A stretch of DNA of 64,000 nt from Macrostomum lignano (Eukaryota): NCBI GenBank assembly GCA_002269645.1, contig NIVC01000629.1:434001-498000 (forward strand), given 5' to 3'. Each line of letters starts with the position of its first letter. Positions within the stretch are counted from its first letter, which is position 1. Shown piece by piece: positions 40,271 through 54,429 of this stretch. A program made the position numbers and the translations under genes. The notes under the pieces are model-generated. The model was not told the DNA's origin, searched no databases, and was given only the letters and a program-made list of their open reading frames with translations.

Positions 40271-41527
40271 CATACCTCATTAAACACTGTGGATTCTTAT
40301 TCAAATCTAGCAATGAAAGCATTCAAATCTCTTGTCACTGCATTGAGGCCACACATTCAGATTGAGCTATTCAGTATTTCAATGCAACAAAGACTACAAA
40401 AAAAGCATTTTTCTCTTGTTGGCACACAGAGCGTTGAATCGCCCACCTGCCAATAATTATTTTTTCTTGGCCACACATTGCCCAGCGGGTTGTATGCGTC
40501 TTTTTAAAGGCAGCCCAGACCGAAATTATGATTCATTTTGCGAACCCGTCAAAACTGACACCCCCTATTGTCTGGTCTCTCATGGTCGCACAATAGAAGT
40601 CGAGGCGGTGCCGGGGCCTGTGACGCAATCTAATAACACACCTGCTTTAATTATTCAATCATCGTCATTCTGTTTGTGTCAAACTTGGCTAAAACGTCAA
40701 CACTGTTCTCATATTTTAGTAACATTACAAACGAACCGCAAGAACAGAAGCACTGTTATATCCATTGTGGCTTTTTCTATTTAAAAAACCGGCTCCCAGA
40801 AATGTCTAGATTTTAATGGTTCAAAAAAGTTCTCAATGACACTTGAAAGAGGGAACCTGCGCTTCATGCAGAAGCTGCACAATATGCACTTTCGCTGGCC
40901 TCCTCTCCGCCGTCCTAGACACGCCCTCTTCAGTGATTTCAGAGTTCCGAAACGGTTCAATCTTCAATTTTTTAGACAGACCAACCGCGCAGGATCCCTT
41001 GTGGCTTGAGTTCAACCGTGACCCATACGTGTGCCTCAGGTACTTGGCTACTTTGGCCAACAGCAAGAGTTACTGGCGATGGAATTCCATCCCCGAGTCG
41101 GAATGGATGGGGGAAATCCGAGTGGCCCCATCTATCGGGATAATGCGAAGGATTTCAAGTGAGTTGGAGATTTGAGTTCAGCCCTGCGGCAGCGACCACG
41201 TGAGCTCTCCGCCCTTTACTCCTAGTTGAGTGTCACGGAACTGAAGCCATGGCGTGAGCTGGAACCATTGATGGCCCACAAAAATTGGGAGAATTTTCAG
41301 AGATGGGGGGGTTTGGGCAGCTGGGCTTTTAATCTGCTGCCACAATAATCCATGCAAATGACGAAGCTGGAACATCAGTATTAACTGGTCATCACAGCCC
41401 AGAACCGATTCTTCAATATTAACAGTTTGGTCGTATGTTGAACTTAATTTTGTTATTGATACCGAAGTGTTGGGAGTTTATAGCAACAGAAGATTTTGAT
41501 ATTTGATAGAGGGCGATGAGGGGTCGG

Positions 41528-42052
41528 AGACCAGAGACAGGCCAGAGACAGACCAGAGACACACTAGAGACAGACCAGAGACACACCAGAGACAGACCAG
41601 ATACACACCAGAGACACACCAGAGACACACCAGAGACAGACCAGAGACAGACCAGAGACACACCAGAGACACACCAGAGACACATCAGAGACACACCAGA
41701 GACACACCAGAGACAGACCAGAGACAGACAAGAGACAGACCAGAGACACACCAGAGACAGACAAGAGACAGACCAGAGACAGACCAGAGACAGACCAGAG
41801 AAAGACCAGAGACAGACCAGAGACAGACCAGAGACAGACCAGAGACAGACCAGAGACACACCTGAGACAGACCAGAGACAGACCAGAGACAGACCAGAGA
41901 CAGACCAGAGACAGACCAGAGACAGACCAGAGACAGACCAGAGACAGACCAGAAACAGACCATAGAGACACACCAGAGACACACCAGAGACACACCAGAG
42001 ACACACCAGAGACAGGCCAGAGACAGACCAGAGACAGACTAGAGACAGACCA
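41528..42052. repeat. 11-bp minisatellite (CCAGAGACAGA / CCAGAGACACA)
   Basis: Direct reading. Confidence 0.95.
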
Positions 42053-42729
42053 GATAATGGGTGAGTCGAGAGAAAGAGCATTTTCCCTCAGTTGCAAGAA
42101 TTCCCCTGACTCCCCTAGGAGCCCCATCTGCAGTTTCCCTCTCTCTATCCATCATTCCGTCCCCGTTCGGAATTGCGGTGTCACCTTAAAAAATATCGCG
42201 TCCTCCGAGCTCGATCTAATTATCCCACAGGGCCGCGACTAATCCGGGGCTGGGGGGATGGTGGCAGCCCCGGTGATAATAAAATTTGTTTTTTTTCTGC
42301 AAATTTTAATAGCTGAGACACAGAAGTCTCAGAGTGCTCAGAAATGAACCCCGAGCCTTACGAATTCCCTTCTGTATAGATGAGCAGTCAGTCAGTCAGT
42401 CCTACCGATCCCAGCGTGCACTTTTTCACCTACGGATTTCTGATAATTCGATCAATTGGCAAATAGGACTGTCTCGCAGCCTGTCAAATGCTGTTCGAAA
42501 GTTGAAATAAATTTGCGCTATTGACAGAAGAAATACCCAGCAATATTTTCTACTGCGTGGGCGGCGTTGTTACTTAGGCTGGAAGGCCACAAGCTAAATT
42601 GCATTTTGAACTTACGAGAATAAACTTCCACATGCATTCAGAGATCTTTTCAAATCACAAATATTTCAGACTGTGAGAAAGATTTTTAAAGATTTGGGGA
42701 GAAATTAGACCAGGGGTTGGGAGGGGAGG

Positions 42730-43208
42730 AATGGGGGAGAGAGAAATGAGAAGAAAAAACAGAGAGAACAGAAAGGAGAGAGGAGAGAGGAGAAAGGAGA
42801 CAGGAGAAAGGAGAAAGGAGAGAGGAGAGAGGAGAGAGGAGAGGGGAGAGAGGAGAGAGGAGAGGGGAGAGAGGAGAGGGGAGAGAGGAGAGAGGAGAAA
42901 GGAGAAAGGAGAGATGAGAGAGGAGAGAGGAGAGAGGAGAGAGGAGAGGGGAGAGAGGAGAGAGGAGAGGGGAGAGAGGAGAGAGGAGAGGGGAGAAAGG
43001 AGAGAGGAGAGAGGAGAGGGGAGAAAGGAGAGAGGAGAGAGGAGAGGGGAGAAAGGAGAGAGGAGAAAGGAGAGAGGAGAAAGGAGAAAGGAGAGAGGAG
43101 AGAGGAGAGAGGAGAGAGGAGAGAGGAGAGAGGAGAGAGGAGAAAGGAGAGAGGAGAGAGGAGAGAGGAGAAAGGAGAGAGGAGAGAAAAGACGAGACAG
43201 AAAAGGGA
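42730..43208. repeat. Polypurine (GAGAG/AGGAGAG) tract
   Basis: Almost exclusively A/G on the plus strand. Confidence 0.97.
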
Positions 43209-44104
43209 GGTGAGAATAGATAAACTCAATGGACCGCTTCAAAATTACTGTGTTTTACATGACACAGGTGAATATTCCTTATTGATAATAATTTACTATG
43301 CGATTTGAAAAATAATTGTGAAAGTTTGGCTTCCAGTCCAGATTTCCGGATTTCTAAGCGTCCCTGTATGCTGAATCCATGAACTGTCAAACGTTTCGGC
43401 TACTTTGCAGCGAGAGTCCTTCAGGAAAAGAGGAGTTATTTTGAATTATTTGAAGCAGCAAGGCTAGAGCAGCAAAGAAGAGGGGCGGTTGAAGAAAGAA
43501 TGAAAGCACTAAAGAAGACGGTGGAGTGGCATTGTTTGAGGCAACAACCGCTTCTTCGAGTGCGGATCGGCCGCCACCCAAGCGGCACGGCGGCTTCGCG
43601 TCTCCTGCCTCTCGGAGGCACCGGCTGCATCATCTCACTGTAGCTATGAGGCTATTTTCACGGGGGAGGGGAGCGGGAAGAAACTCCCGGATAGAAGGCG
43701 AGATAAAAGCGAAGTTGCCGGCAGGTTGGGGGCGCGCCGCTCGATTGCGTAACACCGGTACAGTCGGCAGCAAACTCTCAGGGCTAGGGTCCCTTTCAAG
43801 GGCTTGGCAATCTATTGTAGCTGTGTGTGTGTGTATAGTCATTGTGCTCATTATTACATTGTCTGCTTAGGGTTGGCCCCCTCACCCCCTAGTCAAGTGC
43901 TGTGTGGAATTGGTGAAACACATTTCCAGAGTTTTTAGGGGAAAGTTTTTGGATCTATCTATACGGCAAGTGCTGTCTTAGTTTGTGTTTAGGTTTATGG
44001 TTGGGTTTATACAAAAACATCAAAAAAGCTACCGACAGACTAATAAATGAAAACTTGCAGAAATTCATTACAAACTTCCAAAAAATCCAAAACTACCAGA
44101 GGAC

Positions 44105-44920
44105 TAATGACAAACTACCTCTGAACTGATAACAAACTACCTCAGAACTGACAACAAACTACCTCAGAACTGATAACAAACTACCTCAGAACTGATTATA
44201 AACTACCTCAGAACTGATAACATACTACCTCAGAACTGACAACAAACTACCTCAGAACTGACAATAAACTACCTCAGAACTGATAACAAAGTACCTCAGA
44301 ACTGATAACAAACTACCTCAGAACTGACAATAAACTACCTCAGAACTGATAACAAACTACCTCAGAACTGATAACAAACTACCTCAGAATTGATAACAAA
44401 CTACCTCAGAACTGATAACAAACTACCTCAGAACTGATAATAAACTACCTCAGAACTGATAACAAACTACCTCAGAACTGACAACAAACTACCTCAGAAC
44501 TGATAATAAACTACCTCAGAACTGACAATAAACTACCTCAGAACTGATAACAAACTACCTCAGAACTGATAATAAACTACCTCAGAACTGATAACAAACT
44601 ACCTCAGAACTGATAATAAACTACCTCAGAACTGATAACAAACTACCTCAGAACTGATAACAAACTACATCAGAACTGACAATAAACTACCTCAGAACTG
44701 ATAACAAACTACCTCAGAACTGATAACAAACTACCTCAGAATTGATAACAAACTACCTCAGAACTGACAATAAACTACCTCAGAATTGATAACAAACTAC
44801 ATCAGAACTGACAATAAACTACCTCAGAACTGATAACAAACTACCTCAGAACTGATAATAAACTACCTCAGAACTGACAATAAACTACCTCAGAACTGAC
44901 AACAAACTACCTCAGAACTG
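44105..44920. repeat. 22-bp minisatellite (CTACCTCAGAACTGATAACAAA)
   Basis: About 37 copies. Confidence 0.97.
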
Positions 44921-45884
44921 TTTCGGTTATATATGCCAATGAAATAAAGGGATTCACAGGTCATTTGCGATTTTGTTGCTAAAAAAGCAGGAACCGTACC
45001 TTGGGGTGTCATAACTGAAGAAGGAAAGTCAATTAATTTTTCAGGCACCAGTGTGTCAGACTGACCAGTTCACCGTGTGCGCTGCACACCTCTTTGACAA
45101 AAACCTTCCCTCTTTGCCAATTACAAACCCAAGGGAACCGCCCGTAAAGAAGTCCCATTACGCAATGTCCCCCCAAACCGCCACAATGCTTACCAAAGCC
45201 AAACGCTCTCGCACTCTTCAGGCCAAAGAAGAAAATCTGCCGCTCTTTCGGCTGCTCGACTTTGCTGCTTACGTAACTCGGCGACTGTGAGCGGAGCTAA
45301 CTGGAAAAAGGCGGCAAAGCCAGTCTGTTGGGGCCTCGTTGCCTCATTGAGCCCCCCCCCTGAGCCTGCGTGTCCAACCGGCTTTGCAAAACTGCATTGA
45401 AGTATCAAAAAAATACAGCGGATCCATTTCTGCTCCCGGAAGAAGAGGACGAGGTTAAGAAGCTACGAGAGGCAAGAGGGCGTTTTGCAGGCCACTTGTG
45501 AGTTTCTGTCGGCCCATCATAAACACCCATTGTGCGGCCGTCCTGCCTCTGTCTGTGGGAGCTTCATACAGTCACACAGTGCCTCATCAAGCTCAACCTC
45601 AGCTTCCTGGCAGCAATCAAGCTCAAGGCTGGGAAGTCGACAAAAAAGCAAGTCCATCGATTTTTGACAAAGTTAATAGGCGGTTTGAAATCTGGCAGCC
45701 AGCTTCGCTAAAGCTTCATCCACAATGGATTTCAATGGATTCAGGATCTTCCGTCGAAAGATCATTAGAGATATTATATAGTGACAAGGACATTGCTGAG
45801 AGGCAAAAGTGCAGGGTGTTGCAGACGGTTTGGCTGAGCTGGGAGGTTAGATAAGAGCTATGAGGCAGCAGGAGTGGGAGAGGG

Positions 45885-46330
45885 GGAGAGGAGAGAGAAG
45901 AGGAGAGAGAAGAGGAGAGAGGAGAGAGGAGAGAGGAGAGAGGAGAGAGGAGAGAGGAGAGAGGAGAGGAGAGGAGAGAAGAGAAGAGGAGGGAGAGGAG
46001 AGAGGAGAGAGGAGAGGAGAGGAGAGGAGAGGAGAGGAGAGGAGAGGAGAGGAGAGGAGAGGAGAGGAGAGGAGAGGAAAGGAGAGGAAAGGAAAGGAGA
46101 GGAAAGGAGAGGAAAGGAAAGGAGAGGAGAGGAGAGGAGAGGAGAGGAAAGGAAAGGAAAGGAAAGGAGAGGAAAGGAGAGGAGAGGAAAGGAAAGGAAA
46201 GGAGAGGAGAGGAGAGGAGAGGAGAGGAGAGGAGAGGAGAGGAGAGATAAGAGAAAAGGGAGATAAGGAAGCTCAGGAAGAGGAAAAGAGAGACTAGAGA
46301 GGGAAATCGGGAAGAGAGAGCAGAGGCGGA
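45885..46330. repeat. Polypurine (GGAGA/GGAAA)n tract
   Basis: Direct pentamers. Confidence 0.97.
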
Positions 46331-46867
46331 GAGGATTGAGAGAGACAGACAGAATCGAGACCTGCAAAACAGCAGAGAAGATTTACCAAAGCGAATCGCG
46401 TGAAAAGCAGTGGATTTCTAGTTGATCCACGAGTAGCATTCGAGGCAAAACCGAGCCAAGCTGGTGATGGGTGCAACTCTACACTGGCACGTCAGCGTCT
46501 GGAATCCGTTCTTGGCCAGAAGCTAGGAAAAAATTCAACTCCCTAATCTCTGTTAGTTGCTGTGTGAAATCAAATATTTTTTCGACTAATGCAAAAAAGC
46601 TGAAAAAAAGTTGTTCAAATGAAAGAGTAAAGTTTCAAAGCTGGAGACGGACATACTGATGGAGCGGGAGTTGAGGAGGTTGGATTGGAGACTCGACAAC
46701 ATGCAAGGTGTTTCTGTACTTCTAATCCCTTTAAGCTTAGGGAAGAAATCACTCGTGTTTTATCCTGCTTCGCGGTGGAGAGAACTGCATGCATGACTGG
46801 GGGGGGGGCATTGTGCTTGAAAACAATAGATCCGGATTCTCTACGGAACTAGGAAGTGGTGATATTA

Positions 46868-47655
46868 TGAGAGCAGGAATGAGAAAAGCAATGAGAACAG
46901 GAATGAGAACAGGAATGAGAGCAGGAATGAGAGCAGGAATGAGAAAAGCAATGAGAACAGGAATGAGAACAGGAATGAGAGCAGGAATGAGAGCAGGAAT
47001 GATAGCAGGAATGAGAGCAGGAATGAGAACAGGAATGAGAACAGGAATGAGAACAGGAATGAGAACAGGAATGAGAACAGGAATGAGAGCAGGAATGAGA
47101 GCAGGAATGATAGCAGGAATGAGAGCAGGAATGAGAACAGGAATGAGAGCAGGAATGAGAGCAGGAATGATAGCAGGAATGAGAGCAGGAATGAGAACAG
47201 GAATGAGAACAGGAATGAGAACAGGAATGAGAACAGGAATGAGAACAGGAATGAGAACAGGAATGAGAACAGGAATGAGAACAGGAATGAGAACAGGAAT
47301 GAGAACAGGAATGAGAACTGGAATGAGAACTGGAATGAGAGCAGGAATGAGAGCAGGAATGAGAGCAGGAATGAGAACAGGAATGAGAACAGGAATGAAA
47401 ACAGGAATGAGAACTGGAATGAGAACTGGAATGAGAGCAGGAATGAGAGCAGGAATGAGAACAGGAATGAGAACAGGAATGAGAGCAGGAATGAGAGCAG
47501 GAATGAGAACAGGCATGAGAACAGGAATGAGAGCAGGAATGAGAACAGGAATGAGAACTGGAATGAGAGCAGGAATGAGAGCAGGAATGAGAACTGGAAT
47601 GAGAACTGGAATGAGAGCAGGAATGAGAGCAGGAATGAGAGCAGGAATGAGAACT
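46868..47655. repeat. 12-bp minisatellite (GCAGGAATGAGA / ACAGGAATGAGA)
   Basis: About 65 copies. Confidence 0.97.
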
Positions 47656-48487
47656 ACGATACAGGAAAATATGAACCCATATGAAATAGTGAACAATGCA
47701 CCAAGAAAAAGCAGGACAAGCAAAATTGTGGATTTGTTTCTTGCAGAAGCAGAATCTGCAACAGCATTGCATAACACGTAGCGGCTAATCAATCAACATC
47801 TGCTTGACGCAATGCTGCAAAGCTGATTGACAGACTTTCAATTGAATCCAGCAGGAAACTTGACCGCAAAAATAAGTGCAAAGACGGCCGGACTGCCTGA
47901 GCTTCGAAGACCGTGCGCCGTTGAAGAAGATGAAAAGCCGAAATGGCCGGTGTTAAAAATTTTCCCTTGAAAAAGAAAACCCTGCAGGCCCCTCATTTTG
48001 CCCTGTCAAGAATTAAACCCTTCAAGCACTGGCGCCGGCAATCTTGTTGCTAACTGACCGATGTTGCTGGCTGGAAGATCTGCCTGGGCTGGGGGGGGGG
48101 GGGGCAGATTCTCCTTCCCGATAAAAAAGTCACGTTGTGGCGGAAATTTCAATAGTTGGGGTAGCGGAGCGAGATCTTAATCAGACAGGGAAGGCCTCCT
48201 GGAAGCAGCGGATGGCCTCTTACCTTGGCTCTTCTGCGCGACAGGCTATCACACCTACCTTTTTTGCTATCCCACTGGCATCTTGCAACGTTGCCCGATG
48301 CCACATCGCGCATTCGCCATCCTGTGTGGTCTGTGTCCAGTGCAATTGGTGGATTAGGAAGTTATTCCCAAGCAGAAAAATACCGTTGCTGATGGACTTT
48401 GCCTGTAATCCTTGCAGTCAAACAGGTACCTGAGATTCCAGATTGGACGAGGTGTGTATTGAATTTCCCTCGTTTTAAATTGCTATA

Positions 48488-48745
48488 ACTAATGTATATT
48501 TGACTTCACTCCATGCCTCAATAAGTAATGTATATTTGACTTCACTCCATGCCTCAATAAGTAATGTACATTAAGCTTGACTCCCTGTCCAAATAAAAGT
48601 AATGTACATTTGACTTCACTCCCTGCCCCAATAAGTAATGTACATTTGACTTCACTCCCTGCCCCAATAAGTAATGTACATTTTGACTTCACTCCCTGCC
48701 CCAACAACTAGTGTACATTTGACTTCGCTCCCTGCCCCTTCCCTA
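48488..48745. repeat. About 36-bp minisatellite (AAGTAATGTACATTTGACTTCACTCCCTGCCCCAAT)
   Basis: About 7 degenerate copies. Confidence 0.9.
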
Positions 48746-49574
48746 AGTGATGTACGTTGGTCTCCTTGACTCTTCGTCTAATTAATGAGATTATAACGAT
48801 ATTTACAGCGATCAAAATCATCACAAGCATTCTCTTTTTTCTCGTTATGAAAGACACAGAGAAAGGAAATTAAAATAACAAAAATAATATACTTCCGTAT
48901 ACTTCAGAACCGCATTTTCTTTGCCAAAAAAGTGTTTGCAAACTCTCAAATTTCCATGCCCTGTCTCTGAAGTCGAGGGGGGGTCCAACGCGCTTTGACA
49001 ACGATCTTCGGAGACTGACTGATGGATCAAACTGATAGGAGATACTAACACAGCAGAAGTTGGCTGGCTATCGCTTATTGCATCAAAGTTGGGCGTGCGC
49101 CAAATGCAAATGCAATTACGTAATATCAACAACACACACGGGGAGCACATTGAGGAAGTAGCAATTGACCCCTCTAACCTCCCCGGATGGCTCAGACTTT
49201 GAGGGATTTTCCAGGAGATCGGGAAACTTCCCCTTGCCTCAATCACGCCCACCCCCTCCCTGCCAGATAACCCCACGCAGCATTTCTTCACTTCTCCTAC
49301 TGCCGATATATTAATCCACTGCCGGAGCAGCAGCAATGAAAGCCCAGCTTCTCCTCGACATCCGGCTTTGGGGGGCTGTTGGGTGGGTCAGGCAAAGTTG
49401 AAGGAGGTCAGGTCACCCGCTTTTCGATATCATATTTCTCAATTTCCTTCAATTCCCTGGCGCGCGATGCCAGGGATAGACTGGGGATATTCAAAACTGG
49501 GAAAATTGTTAGGGTGAAAGAAAGAATTTGGATTGATCAGAATCAGAAACTCAAAGTATTTTGAGTGAGAGGTA

Positions 49575-49870
49575 TTGCCTTCAAATGACAAGGACTGCTT
49601 AAGAGTGACAAGGAATGCATGAGAGTGACAAGGTATGCATGAGAGTGACAAGGACTGCTTAAGAGTAACAAGGATGCATGAGAGTGACAAGAAATGCATA
49701 GGAGAGACAAGGAATGCATGAGAGTGACAAGGAGTACATAAGAGTGACAAGGAATGAATAGGAGTGATAAGGAATGCATGAGAGTGACAAGGAATGCATT
49801 AGGGTGACAACAAATTTATGGGAGTGACAAGGAGTGCATAAAGGTGACAAGAAATGCATGGGAGTGACAT
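49575..49870. repeat. 20-bp minisatellite (GAGTGACAAGGAATGCATGA)
   Basis: About 14 degenerate copies. Confidence 0.9.
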
Positions 49871-50317
49871 GTTTGTAAAATCAAGTACATAAAGTTCTGA
49901 AATTAATTAAGCTTGCAGAAATCAAGTACCGTCAGTATTTACCGACGCAATTTTAATTGATTGACTGAACCAACTCAATTGAGACGTCTCTGCACTTTAG
50001 ACTGATTGATGCCTTATCAGGAGTGAGGTGGGGAGAGATAACAGAGGTTGGAGGCTCAACATAATTAAGGAGAGCATCGACGTGACTCTGAAGAATGAAG
50101 AGGCCACAGACTTTAAGATTTGTTGAGCCTTGAAGTTGAAGCATTTTAATGAGCAGCATAATTCAATGATGAAAAGTTCATCTCTATCTCAAAATTATTT
50201 TTCAGCTCTTATTGTTGCCGCTAAGCTGACAGCAGCTGACAGAATTTGGCGGAAAAAGTGTCAAAGTTAATTAGCCCTTTATCGAAGCTGATATGAAGTC
50301 CTGGGCGCTGCTCAGAT

Positions 50318-51230
50318 AGCTCTCTTCTCTCCCCTCCCCTTCTCCCCTCCCCTTCTCACCTCTCCTCCTCTCCCCTCTCCTTCTCCCCTCCCCTTCTCCC
50401 CTCTCCTTCTCTCCCCTCTCCTTCTTTCCCCTCTCCTCCTCTTCCCTCTCCTCTCCCCTCTCCTTCTCCCCTTCTCCCCTCTCCTTCTCTCCCCTCTCCT
50501 CCTCTCCCCTCTCCTCTCCCCTCTCCTTCTCTCCCCTCTCCTCCTCTCCCCTCTCCTCTCCCTCTCCTTCTTTCCCTCCACTTCTCTCCCCTCTCCTCCT
50601 CTCCCTCTCCTTCTCTCCCCTCTCCTTCTCTCCCCTCTCCTCCTCTCCCTCTCCTCTCCCCTCTCCTTCTCTCCCCTCTCCTCCTCTCCCTCTCCTCTCC
50701 CCTCTCCTTCTTTCCCTCCACTTCTCTCCCCTCTCCTCCTCTCCCCTCTCCTTCTCTCCCCTCTCCTTCTCTCCCCTCTCCTTCTCTCCCCTCTCCTCCT
50801 CTCCCCTCTCCTTCTCTCCCCTCTCCTTCTCTCCCCTCTCCTTCTCTCCCCTCTCCTTCTCTCCCCTCTCCTTCTCTCCCTCTCCTTCTCTCCCCTCTCC
50901 TTCTCTCCCCTCTCCTCCTCTCCCCTCTCCTTCTCTCCCCTCTCCTTCTCTCCCCTCTCCTTCTCTCCCCTCTCCTCCTCTCCCCTCTCCTTCTCTCCCT
51001 CTCCTTCTCTCCCCTCTCCTCCTCTCCCCTCTCCTTCTCTCCCTCTCCTTCTCTCCCCTCTCCTTCTCTCCCCTCTCCTTCTCTCCCCTCTCCTTCTCTC
51101 CCCTCTCCTTCTCTCCCCTCTCCTTCTCTCCCCTCTCCTTCTCTTTCCTATTTCCCTGTCTCCTTCTCTCCTCTTTTTTCTTCTCTCCCCTCCTCCCCAT
51201 CTCCGTTCTCTACTCCTCTCCCCTATCCCC
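50318..51230. repeat. Polypyrimidine (CTCTCCCCTCTCCTT-type) tract
   Basis: Almost exclusively C/T on the plus strand. Confidence 0.97.
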
Positions 51231-51974
51231 TTCTCTCGTATATCAACAATCCCCTTTCCCTGCTCCTTCTCTGTTAGAAATGCTAGACTTTGACTGAATT
51301 TCGCAGTCAGTCAGCGAGCCAATGAAATCGATTCAAAACAGACGGCGACAATATCAATAACAAAGTGTTAATCCGTTAGCAACAGGCCATAAAAAAGCAC
51401 GAAACAAGCAACAACAAAGTAAAACAGAATCTTACTCAGAGAAATGAGTTCAGTAGGCCAGACCTGACAGGTAGCATGACTGCGAACATGAATGGCTCAA
51501 ATATTGACTCAAGCCGAATGCTTTTCTGCTTGCGTGAGTTTGTGTTTGTACTCGGCGAAAGGGCCGCCCGCCAGCGCATTAAAAGCAAAATCGCCAGAGT
51601 GAGAGTGCAGACGCTGGCAAACACAAGCAAAATGGTGTGACTCAGAGTTAAGAAAACTGTAACTAATTCCTCTTATAGAATCAAATGGCACAGGGTTTTT
51701 GTTTTGACGGTTGACGGAGTAAAATAGCCAACAGAGTTACCGTAAGCCAATGATACACTCGGGAATGCAGTGATTTGTGTGAAGTCACGTTTCCAAGTAT
51801 TCTTTTTTTGCGGCTAAGGGCAGACGTGAGAGCTGTTAGTTCTGGCTATTGGGCCACGGGGAAAGGATAGAAGCTGTGATGATACTGTTATAGCTATTGA
51901 GATTCCGCCTTTCAAAATACAACGGGGGTTATTGGGCAAAAAGAGAGAGAATAAGTGGTGTCATTGTAGATTGA

Positions 51975-53720
51975 GTGAGTGAGGATTTGGAGGGTGAGAG
52001 GGAGATGGAGGGTGAGAGGGAGATGGAAGGTGAGGGGAAATGGAGTGTGAGAGGGAGATGGAGGGTGAGAGGGAGATGGAGGGTGAGAGGGAGATGGAGG
52101 GTGAGAGGGAGATGGAGGGTGAGAGGGAGATGGAGGGTGAGAGGGAGATGGAGGGTGAGAGGGAGATGGAGGGTGAGAGGGAGATGGAGGGTGAGAGGGA
52201 GATGGAGGGTGAGAGGGAGATGGAGGGTGAGAGGGAGATGGAGGGTGAGAGAGAGATGGAGGGTGAGAGGGAGATGGAGGGTGAGAGGGAGATGGAGGGT
52301 GAGAGAGATGGAGGGTGAGAGGGAGATGGAGGGTGAGAGGGAGATGGAGGGTGAGAGGGAGATGGAGGGTGAGAGGGAGATGGAGGGTGAGAGGGAGATG
52401 GAGGGTGAGAGGGAGATGGAGGGTGAGAGGGAGAAGCAGGGTGAGAGGGAGATGGAGGGTAAGAGAGAGATGGAGGGTGAGAGGGAGATGGAGGGTGAGA
52501 GGGAGATGGAGGGTGAGAGGGAGATGGAGGGTGAGAGGGAGATGGAGGGTGAGAGGGAGATGGAGGGTGAGAGGGAGATGGAGGGTGAGAGGGAGATGGA
52601 GGGTGAGAGGGAGATGGAGGGTGAGAGGGAGATGGAGGGTGAGAGGGAGATGGAGGGTGAGAGGGAGATGGAGGGTGAGAGAGAGATGGAGGGTGAGAGG
52701 GAGATGGAGGGTGAGAGGGAGATGGAGGGTGAGAGAGATGGAGGGTGAGAGGGAGATGGAGGGTGAGAGGGAGATGGAGGGTGAGAGGGAGATGGAGGGT
52801 GAGAGGGAGATGGAGGGTGAGAGGGAGATGGAGGGTGAGAGGGAGATGGAGGGTGAGAGGGAGAAGCAGGGTGAGAGGGAGATGGAGGGTAAGAGAGAGA
52901 TGGAGGGTGAGAGGGAGATGGAGGGTGAGAGGGAGATGGAGGGTGAGAGGGAGATGGAGGGTGAGAGGGAGATGGAGGGTGAGAGGGAGATGGAGGGTGA
53001 GAGGGAGATGGAGGGTGAGAGAGAGATGGAGGGTGAGAGGGAGATGGAGGGTAAGAGAGAGATGGAGGGAGAGGGAGATGGAGGGTGAGAGTGAGATGGA
53101 GGGTGAGAGAGATGGAGGGTGAGAGGGAGATGGAGGGTGAGAGGGAGATGGAGGGTGAGAGTGAGATGGAGGGTGAGAGAGATGGAGGGTGAGAGGGAGA
53201 TGGAGGGTGAGAGGGAGATGGAGGGTGAGAGAGAGATGGAGGGTGAGAGAGAGATGGAGGGTGAGAGAGAGATGGAGGGTGAGAGGGAGATGGAGGGTGA
53301 GAGGGAGGTGGAGGGTGAAAGGGAGGTGGAGGGTGAAAGGGAGGTGGAGGGTGAGAGGGAGGTGGAGGGTGAGAGGGAGGTGGAGGGTGAGAGGGAGGTG
53401 GAGGGTGAGAGGGAGGTGGAGGGTGAAAGGGAGGTGGAGGGTGAAAGGGAGGTGGAGGGTGAGAGGGAGGTGGAGGGTGAAAGGGAGGTGGAGGGTGAGA
53501 GGGAGGTGGAGGGTGAGAGGGAGGTGGAGGGTGAAAGGGAGGTGGAGGGTGAAAGGGAGATGGAGGGTGAAAGGGAGGTAGAGGGTGAAAGGGAGGTGGA
53601 GGGTGAAAGGGAGGTGGAGGGAGAGAGGGAGATTGAAGTTGAGAGGGAGATGGAAGGGAAGAGGGAGATAGCGATTGATAAGGGTGAGAGAAGATTGAGA
53701 AAGAGAGAGAGAGGAGATGG
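51975..53720. repeat. 18-bp G-rich minisatellite (GAGGGTGAGAGGGAGATG), about 1.7 kb, with an internal duplication of about 430 bp
   Basis: Variant block GAGAAGCAGGGTGAGAGGGAGATGGAGGGTAAG occurs at about 52431 and 52861. Confidence 0.97.
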
Positions 53721-54429
53721 AGAAGGAGAAGAGGATTTAGAGATGCAGCAAAGGCTAAGAGAGCCAGCAGACAGCGGTTGCCGGCGGTGCCCTCACCAGA
53801 AAAGTACCCCTGTCCCCCCTGTCCCAACCGCGGAAGCCGGCGCGTCACAGAGAGAAATCGAGAAAGAATGAGAGAAGAAAGTTCAAACACTTCAGCAGCC
53901 GGAGGCTGGCCCGTCCCGCCCACCAATTCAGCCCCCCCCCCGCGGGGCACTCCATCATCTCAAAGTCCTCAATTTTTACCCCCCCCCTATCCGGAGAGGC
54001 TGGGCGCGGAAAGGAGATGACGATCTGCCCGAGTCGCGATTTGAGGAGGTCTCGAATACCCTCCGGTCATGGCAGCCCGGGCGTGGAAGTGGAAAATAGG
54101 GGGGGGGGTGGAGGGTATGGGATATCTTCCCAGCTAGCGGCTCAATTAGGCAGAGCTTCTGAATTGCGGCAAAAATCTAAGAAAAACTGCTCACCGACAT
54201 TGGCTGAGTAAATCTGCGCGCGCCTAAGTGGGATGGAAGTTTGATTTATTTTTAATTCTTCTTTGTCTTAATTCCTTCCCGCATCAGTTCTTTGTACGAG
54301 TACTTCGCGTCTCTTATTGCGACGTCAATTTCAGTTAATCACATATTCTCTCCTCTTAGATTCTTCCTGAAGCTCATCTTTTCCCATCTGAGTCACACCT
54401 ATCACCGGTTGCACCTGAATCTCATTTCT

